DNA of 64,000 nt from Squalus acanthias (Eukaryota): NCBI GenBank assembly GCA_030390025.1, contig JASTWF010000358.1, positions 186,001-250,000 on the forward strand, in the 5' to 3' direction. How positions within the stretch are numbered: position 1 is the stretch's first letter; every line of letters begins with the position of its first letter. The translations under genes were made by a program, and so were the position numbers. The notes below the pieces were generated by a model, which saw only the letters and a program-made list of their open reading frames with translations, ran no database searches and was not told where the DNA came from. This document shows, piece after piece, positions 57,496 to 64,000 of the stretch.

Positions 57496-59304
57496 TCATT
57501 GGGTACTATTAGACGGTCCTGCGGCACCTACGGGGCCGGTAGCAACCGCCACCTTTCCATGTGCACTCATGAATTTGCGCATGGCTCCCAACACTGATTC
57601 GAGGTCGTCGGGAGGGGTGGGTGCACTAGCTTCCCTAGCAGGGACAGGCGTCTGGGCTCGGGCTGCGGGAATTTTATCCCTGGAATCCTTCCAAGGGTTC
57701 CTACAGTTCTTGCGCCAGTGCCCTGTCTTCCCACACCCGTAACAAGCATTACTTGCCTGCGGGGCGCGATTACCCTCCTGATGCCACTCCCTTTGATACG
57801 GGGCTGCGGGTCGTACCTCATGTACTTTTCCCTTAAGGGGACGTGTTCCCATACCCCTTATATTGCGATATCCTAACGTGAGTCGATTCAAAACCGACTC
57901 TTCCGTAATGTTGGGGTCATTGGGATCAAACCATGCTTTTGCCTGCTCTCTGACGGCTGGTAAACTGTTGGCTACTATGCACCTAAGCCAATGATTTAAA
58001 CCGGCGCCGTCCATATCGTCGCGCTCTAGCGCACCTAGACAGCTGCGCTGATATACTGGCCACAGCCTGTCGGCAAAAACCTTCAGGGGTTCTCCCTCCA
58101 TCTGCACTGTCTGTCCCACTCTAGCAAACGGACCTTCATCGTCCGCCCCCAACACTTCCAGGACCTCATTCTTCAATGCCTCATAAGTCTTGGTTCCCCT
58201 CTTGCTCTCGCCCGAGAGACACTGAAGGATTGAACTGCCTAACGAAAACAACAGCATTTTTGCTGTTTCCCCATCATCGCAGCCGTTAATGGCTGCGGTT
58301 TGCTCAACTTCTCTGAAATGTACGGAAGGGTCGTCTAACTCGGTCAGCTTCCGTACATGATTTATCATAACTCTCAGCTGGTGTGAGCTGTGAGGCAACA
58401 CAAGCTGGCCGAGGAGATCCCCTGGTTCCTCCCCACCGTTTCTGTTTGGGCCCCTTTTTATACCCGTTACTGGATACAACGGTCCCTTTTCCACTTCTTT
58501 CTCAATGGGCTCTTTCGTTTCTTCCACTACTTCCTCCCTTACCCAGGTTTCCGAATAGCTGGGTGGCGCGGAGGGCGCAGTGGCTAATACTTCCTCTGCT
58601 TTACTTGGTGGGGACTTCTGAAACTCCTCTTTTACTAGCGGCTGGTGTGCTGACGGACTGATAAGGCACACCATGCCGTGCGCTTTGTTCACGGCCTTTT
58701 TGAGGTGCTCTATCTCTTTTTGGCAGGCGCTATGATCGGCCCCCTGAAACTTATCCTCAAGGGCCAACTTATATGCCGCCCTAACCCCCGTTAAGCTCTC
58801 TTCCTGAGTTCTTATCTGGGCAGCTTGGCGGGCACATCGTTCCTTTAGTCTGCCCTCACTTAACTTTGCCTCAGTGACCTGACACTCGAGGTAATCTATC
58901 CTTGTTTTATGGTGACTGGAGATTTCCTGGCGTTCTTGGTGCAGCGCACTTAAATTCCTAATGAGCAACTCCCCTCCAGAGACCTTCTCATCCATTTCTC
59001 CCTCTAAATGACTGATTCGAGCTGTTCGCGCTGTAATGACCTGGTTTGAAATCTGGACCTGTCTTTTGTAACACATTAGCCAGACTGCTTTCTCGATTGT
59101 CTTTTTATGTTCTTTACTATCTGTCCACCTTTCGGCTGCCTCTAGTGGACTCTTATCCGCTAACAATTCACTTATCCATTTCTTAGTTAGATTAACCTTT
59201 CCGAACACATAATCTGCTATCTTTTCCTGCATAACATTTCGTACAGTCACACCAAAGTCTAACACACTACCCTCTCGCCGCCAGTGTCCTGCCGCGGTCG
59301 CCAT
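57496..59304 (-). CDS. gag: Gag of A5, 602 aa, intact
   Basis: ORF after the PBS; PSAPPSY and CCHC knuckle. Confidence 0.93.
   Translation of the reverse strand: MATAAGHWRREGSVLDFGVTVRNVMQEKIADYVFGKVNLTKKWISELLADKSPLEAAERWTDSKEHKKTIEKAVWLMCYKRQVQISNQVITARTARISHLEGEMDEKVSGGELLIRNLSALHQERQEISSHHKTRIDYLECQVTEAKLSEGRLKERCARQAAQIRTQEESLTGVRAAYKLALEDKFQGADHSACQKEIEHLKKAVNKAHGMVCLISPSAHQPLVKEEFQKSPPSKAEEVLATAPSAPPSYSETWVREEVVEETKEPIEKEVEKGPLYPVTGIKRGPNRNGGEEPGDLLGQLVLPHSSHQLRVMINHVRKLTELDDPSVHFREVEQTAAINGCDDGETAKMLLFSLGSSILQCLSGESKRGTKTYEALKNEVLEVLGADDEGPFARVGQTVQMEGEPLKVFADRLWPVYQRSCLGALERDDMDGAGLNHWLRCIVANSLPAVREQAKAWFDPNDPNITEESVLNRLTLGYRNIRGMGTRPLKGKVHEVRPAAPYQREWHQEGNRAPQASNACYGCGKTGHWRKNCRNPWKDSRDKIPAARAQTPVPAREASAPTPPDDLESVLGAMRKFMSAHGKVAVATGPVGAAGPSNSTQ
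59286..59303 (-). promoter_or_regulatory. Primer-binding site, tRNA-Arg (A5)
   Basis: Same 18-mer as the other family A copies. Confidence 0.85.
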
Positions 59305-59308
59305 TTTC

Positions 59309-60992
59309 TGTAAGTGTTTGCGAGCGTGTCTCTCAGCCTGTGAGATTCGCGTGGCTCTTTGCAGCCTGTATGTCAGTGCGGGTTTAGGCCTTGTTGCCTG
59401 TTCTGGTCTCCAGCCAGTCTGGGAGCACTAGACACACCTGTGAGTGGTTCGAATCACTCGCCCTTACGGTTCTAGACACTGGACTTAGATGCGAGAGCAG
59501 TAATGGAGATGAAACTCATGTAGACTCGGTTGAATGGTACGAAATGGAAAATCTTTATTGCATAATATTTAAGATTACGAAATACATGTCATAAGCACAG
59601 ATTAATGACAGTACAATCTTACACGCAGTTATGTAACTAATTCTAGGGAAACGAGGAACGAACGACACACCGTAAATGGGGGCACACATTACAATTATCC
59701 TTAATACTTGAACCCTCCCCTATCAATATCTGTCCTAGCTAGATTCGTAGGATTCGAGACTCATGCTCACCACTCGTGATAACTCGGAGAAATTCCGAAT
59801 AGCTGATCCGATGTTTTTCACCGCAGCACCCACGTGTCGATCAGGGGGTCTCCTGGCCCCACTTGTTTACTTGCTTCTGCTCCGGCTAGCAGGCTGGAAC
59901 GTCTGTTGTTATGAAGATCTGTGTTTGTGGGTTTCACGTACCAGTCAACACTTAAGAGAATAATCTCTCGGTGTCCGTCAAGAGGATCTGCACTGATGGG
60001 TTTCACAGACCAGTCAATACTTCAAAGAAGAATCTTCCGGGGTCCGTTCTTTAAAGTTCAAAGAAGTCTTCCTGGCAAGGAAAAATGTCTATTCGACCTA
60101 CAGGCGCGGTCGGGGCTTACTGACCGTGGCGATAAGTATGGTCTTCGTCTCTTCTCATCTCATCTCATCTCTTCTCGGGCCTTTGGTTCCGATGCCGGTT
60201 ACCAACACAGGTCTTCGTGACACGACACGAGGTAGATCCGAACGGATCACAAAGTTCAACAGTCTTTTGAAGAAAAAAAAAGACACCAGGCAAACAGGAA
60301 CAAGACGGCGAGTCAAGAACACAGGAGCAGCCACGAGGATGAAGAGTCAATCGGATAAAAGAGAGATGGACGGTTTGGGGCTTGCAATTATGGTGCAAAA
60401 TCTTCCGTTTCCCGCCCAACCTTAATGTCTTTTCTTTTGTTTGGGTTTGGCGCTCAAATGTCTTGTATAGGTGATCTCCATTTTTAATGGGTTTCGGGGC
60501 TACTCGTAAATGTCTGAGTACCTGTTAATATTTCTCCCATTGTTAAATCGGTCGGTGTTCCCCCTGGAGGGGTTTTGGGGCCTCCAAGTGTTTTCTGTAA
60601 CGACCCGCTAACGGCTCTCTCATCGTAGAGTCGTTGGGATTTTACATATTAATGTCTTTGGATGGGCCTTGATTACCTGGTACAATAGCTTTCATTCATA
60701 CCTGGGAGACCGATTTCAGTATTTATGTTTATACTGTAAACCCATGATGTCTCGTGTATTATCTTCAATGTGCTGAATCTTAATCGATCTTGCACAAATG
60801 TTTATTGGAACGCCATCTTGTCTGCCTGTCAAAAAGTCTAGAATGTTCCGCCACGAGGTGCGGCGGCCATTTTACAAGCTGCTTGTGTCCACTTTGAAAC
60901 CTGACAGCATTCCGCTGAAATAAAAGCTGTTTGAACGAAACTCTGTGTTTTTCTCCTTATTAATAAAATCGCGATATATTGCGAATTCTACA
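59309..60992 (-). repeat. A5 5' LTR (1684 bp)
   Basis: Repeat of 48219-49901 with roughly 8-9 differences, by eye. Confidence 0.95.
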
Positions 60993-61080
60993 AGGGAGAC
61001 AGATTCCCAGAGAGTGGCAGCGTCCCAGAAAGACAGAATCCCAGAGAGAGGCAGAGTCCCAGTGAGACAGAGTCCCAGAG
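60993..61080. repeat. Short diverged satellite linker
   Basis: Matches the satellite at ~10995-11080. Confidence 0.9.
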
Positions 61081-64000
61081 AGAGGCAGAGTCCCAGAAAG
61101 AGGCAGAGTCCCAGAAAGAGGCAGAGTCCCAGAAAGAGGCAGAGTCCCAGAAAGAGGCAGAGTCCCAGAAAGAGGCAGAGTCCCAGAAAGAGGCAGAGTC
61201 CCAGAAAGAGGCAGAGTCCCAGAAAGAGGCAGAGTCCCAGAAAGAGGCAGAGTCCCAGAAAGAGGCAGAGTCCCAGAAAGAGGCAGAGTCCCAGAAAGAG
61301 GCAGAGTCCCAGAAAGAGGCAGAGTCCCAGAAAGAGGCAGAGTCCCAGAAAGAGGCAGAGTCCCAGAAAGAGGCAGAGTCCCAGAAAGAGGCAGAGTCCC
61401 AGAAAGAGGCAGAGTCCCAGAAAGAGGCAGAGTCCCAGAAAGAGGCAGAGTCCCAGAAAGAGGCAGAGTCCCAGAAAGAGGCAGAGTCCCAGAAAGAGGC
61501 AGAGTCCCAGAAAGAGGCAGAGTCCCAGAAAGAGGCAGAGTCCCAGAAAGAGGCAGAGTCCCAGAAAGAGGCAGAGTCCCAGAAAGAGGCAGAGTCCCAG
61601 AAAGAGGCAGAGTCCCAGAAAGAGGCAGAGTCCCAGAAAGAGGCAGAGTCCCAGAAAGAGGCAGAGTCCCAGAAAGAGGCAGAGTCCCAGAAAGAGGCAG
61701 AGTCCCAGAAAGAGGCAGAGTCCCAGAAAGAGGCAGAGTCCCAGAAAGAGGCAGAGTCCCAGAAAGAGGCAGAGTCCCAGAAAGAGGCAGAGTCCCAGAA
61801 AGAGGCAGAGTCCCAGAAAGAGGCAGAGTCCCAGAAAGAGGCAGAGTCCCAGAAAGAGGCAGAGTCCCAGAAAGAGGCAGAGTCCCAGAAAGAGGCAGAG
61901 TCCCAGAAAGAGGCAGAGTCCCAGAAAGAGGCAGAGTCCCAGAAAGAGGCAGAGTCCCAGAAAGAGGCAGAGTCCCAGAAAGAGGCAGAGTCCCAGAAAG
62001 AGGCAGAGTCCCAGAAAGAGGCAGAGTCCCAGAAAGAGGCAGAGTCCCAGAAAGAGGCAGAGTCCCAGAAAGAGGCAGAGTCCCAGAAAGAGGCAGAGTC
62101 CCAGAAAGAGGCAGAGTCCCAGAAAGAGGCAGAGTCCCAGAAAGAGGCAGAGTCCCAGAAAGAGGCAGAGTCCCAGAAAGAGGCAGAGTCCCAGAAAGAG
62201 GCAGAGTCCCAGAAAGAGGCAGAGTCCCAGAAAGAGGCAGAGTCCCAGAAAGAGGCAGAGTCCCAGAAAGAGGCAGAGTCCCAGAAAGAGGCAGAGTCCC
62301 AGAAAGAGGCAGAGTCCCAGAAAGAGGCAGAGTCCCAGAAAGAGGCAGAGTCCCAGAAAGAGGCAGAGTCCCAGAAAGAGGCAGAGTCCCAGAAAGAGGC
62401 AGAGTCCCAGAAAGAGGCAGAGTCCCAGAAAGAGGCAGAGTCCCAGAAAGAGGCAGAGTCCCAGAAAGAGGCAGAGTCCCAGAAAGAGGCAGAGTCCCAG
62501 AAAGAGGCAGAGTCCCAGAAAGAGGCAGAGTCCCAGAAAGAGGCAGAGTCCCAGAAAGAGGCAGAGTCCCAGAAAGAGGCAGAGTCCCAGAAAGAGGCAG
62601 AGTCCCAGAAAGAGGCAGAGTCCCAGAAAGAGGCAGAGTCCCAGAAAGAGGCAGAGTCCCAGAAAGAGGCAGAGTCCCAGAAAGAGGCAGAGTCCCAGAA
62701 AGAGGCAGAGTCCCAGAAAGAGGCAGAGTCCCAGAAAGAGGCAGAGTCCCAGAAAGAGGCAGAGTCCCAGAAAGAGGCAGAGTCCCAGAAAGAGGCAGAG
62801 TCCCAGAAAGAGGCAGAGTCCCAGAAAGAGGCAGAGTCCCAGAAAGAGGCAGAGTCCCAGAAAGAGGCAGAGTCCCAGAAAGAGGCAGAGTCCCAGAAAG
62901 AGGCAGAGTCCCAGAAAGAGGCAGAGTCCCAGAAAGAGGCAGAGTCCCAGAAAGAGGCAGAGTCCCAGAAAGAGGCAGAGTCCCAGAAAGAGGCAGAGTC
63001 CCAGAAAGAGGCAGAGTCCCAGAAAGAGGCAGAGTCCCAGAAAGAGGCAGAGTCCCAGAAAGAGGCAGAGTCCCAGAAAGAGGCAGAGTCCCAGAAAGAG
63101 GCAGAGTCCCAGAAAGAGGCAGAGTCCCAGAAAGAGGCAGAGTCCCAGAAAGAGGCAGAGTCCCAGAAAGAGGCAGAGTCCCAGAAAGAGGCAGAGTCCC
63201 AGAAAGAGGCAGAGTCCCAGAAAGAGGCAGAGTCCCAGAAAGAGGCAGAGTCCCAGAAAGAGGCAGAGTCCCAGAAAGAGGCAGAGTCCCAGAAAGAGGC
63301 AGAGTCCCAGAAAGAGGCAGAGTCCCAGAAAGAGGCAGAGTCCCAGAAAGAGGCAGAGTCCCAGAAAGAGGCAGAGTCCCAGAAAGAGGCAGAGTCCCAG
63401 AAAGAGGCAGAGTCCCAGAAAGAGGCAGAGTCCCAGAAAGAGGCAGAGTCCCAGAAAGAGGCAGAGTCCCAGAAAGAGGCAGAGTCCCAGAAAGAGGCAG
63501 AGTCCCAGAAAGAGGCAGAGTCCCAGAAAGAGGCAGAGTCCCAGAAAGAGGCAGAGTCCCAGAAAGAGGCAGAGTCCCAGAAAGAGGCAGAGTCCCAGAA
63601 AGAGGCAGAGTCCCAGAAAGAGGCAGAGTCCCAGAAAGAGGCAGAGTCCCAGAAAGAGGCAGAGTCCCAGAAAGAGGCAGAGTCCCAGAAAGAGGCAGAG
63701 TCCCAGAAAGAGGCAGAGTCCCAGAAAGAGGCAGAGTCCCAGAAAGAGGCAGAGTCCCAGAAAGAGGCAGAGTCCCAGAAAGAGGCAGAGTCCCAGAAAG
63801 AGGCAGAGTCCCAGAAAGAGGCAGAGTCCCAGAAAGAGGCAGAGTCCCAGAAAGAGGCAGAGTCCCAGAAAGAGGCAGAGTCCCAGAAAGAGGCAGAGTC
63901 CCAGAAAGAGGCAGAGTCCCAGAAAGAGGCAGAGTCCCAGAAAGAGGCAGAGTCCCAGAAAGAGGCAGAGTCCCAGAAAGAGGCAGAGTCCCAGAAAGAG
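61081..64000. repeat. Homogeneous 18-bp tandem array (CCAGAAAGAGGCAGAGTC)n, ~162 copies, running off the window
   Basis: No variant unit seen over 2.9 kb. Confidence 0.98.

Larger units (their letters stand above)
48219..60992 (-). mobile_element. Family A provirus copy A5, full-length, with frameshifts in pol and env
   Basis: LTR-PBS-gag-pol-env-PPT-LTR. The outer flank is satellite (AGGGAGACAG...). Confidence 0.95.

Noticed and set aside
61081..64000. CRISPR array or telomeric repeat
   Set aside because: No spacers or cas genes, and the unit is not TTAGGG-like. It is a variant of the local satellite monomer.

Overview
This is a eukaryotic (probably non-mammalian vertebrate) heterochromatin-like window with no host gene. 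It consists of a purine-rich 16/18-bp satellite invaded by endogenous retroviruses. Family A is a ~12.7-kb element with ~1.65-kb TG...CA LTRs, a tRNA-Arg PBS and 4-bp TSDs. Its gag is joined to pol by an in-frame UGA-CUAG stop, pol carries two RNase H domains, and env looks like an Ig domain fused to a paramyxo/pneumovirus F-like protein; this best fits a lokiretrovirus-like lineage. Five family A internal regions are present. A1 (<1-9720, +) and A2 (13189-34362, +) are duplicates sharing the same env deletion. A3 (17940-30631, -) is near-intact and nested in A2. A5 and A4 (43082-60992, -) form a tandem provirus sharing one LTR, truncated into satellite. An unrelated non-autonomous ERV (B, 2310-8433, tRNA-Gln PBS, truncated CWVC-type env) is nested in the A1 integrase. 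Diverged satellite blocks lie at 9721-13188 and 34363-43081, and the window ends in an apparently perfect (CCAGAAAGAGGCAGAGTC)n array (61081-64000). All family assignments come from motif recognition by eye; no searches were run.
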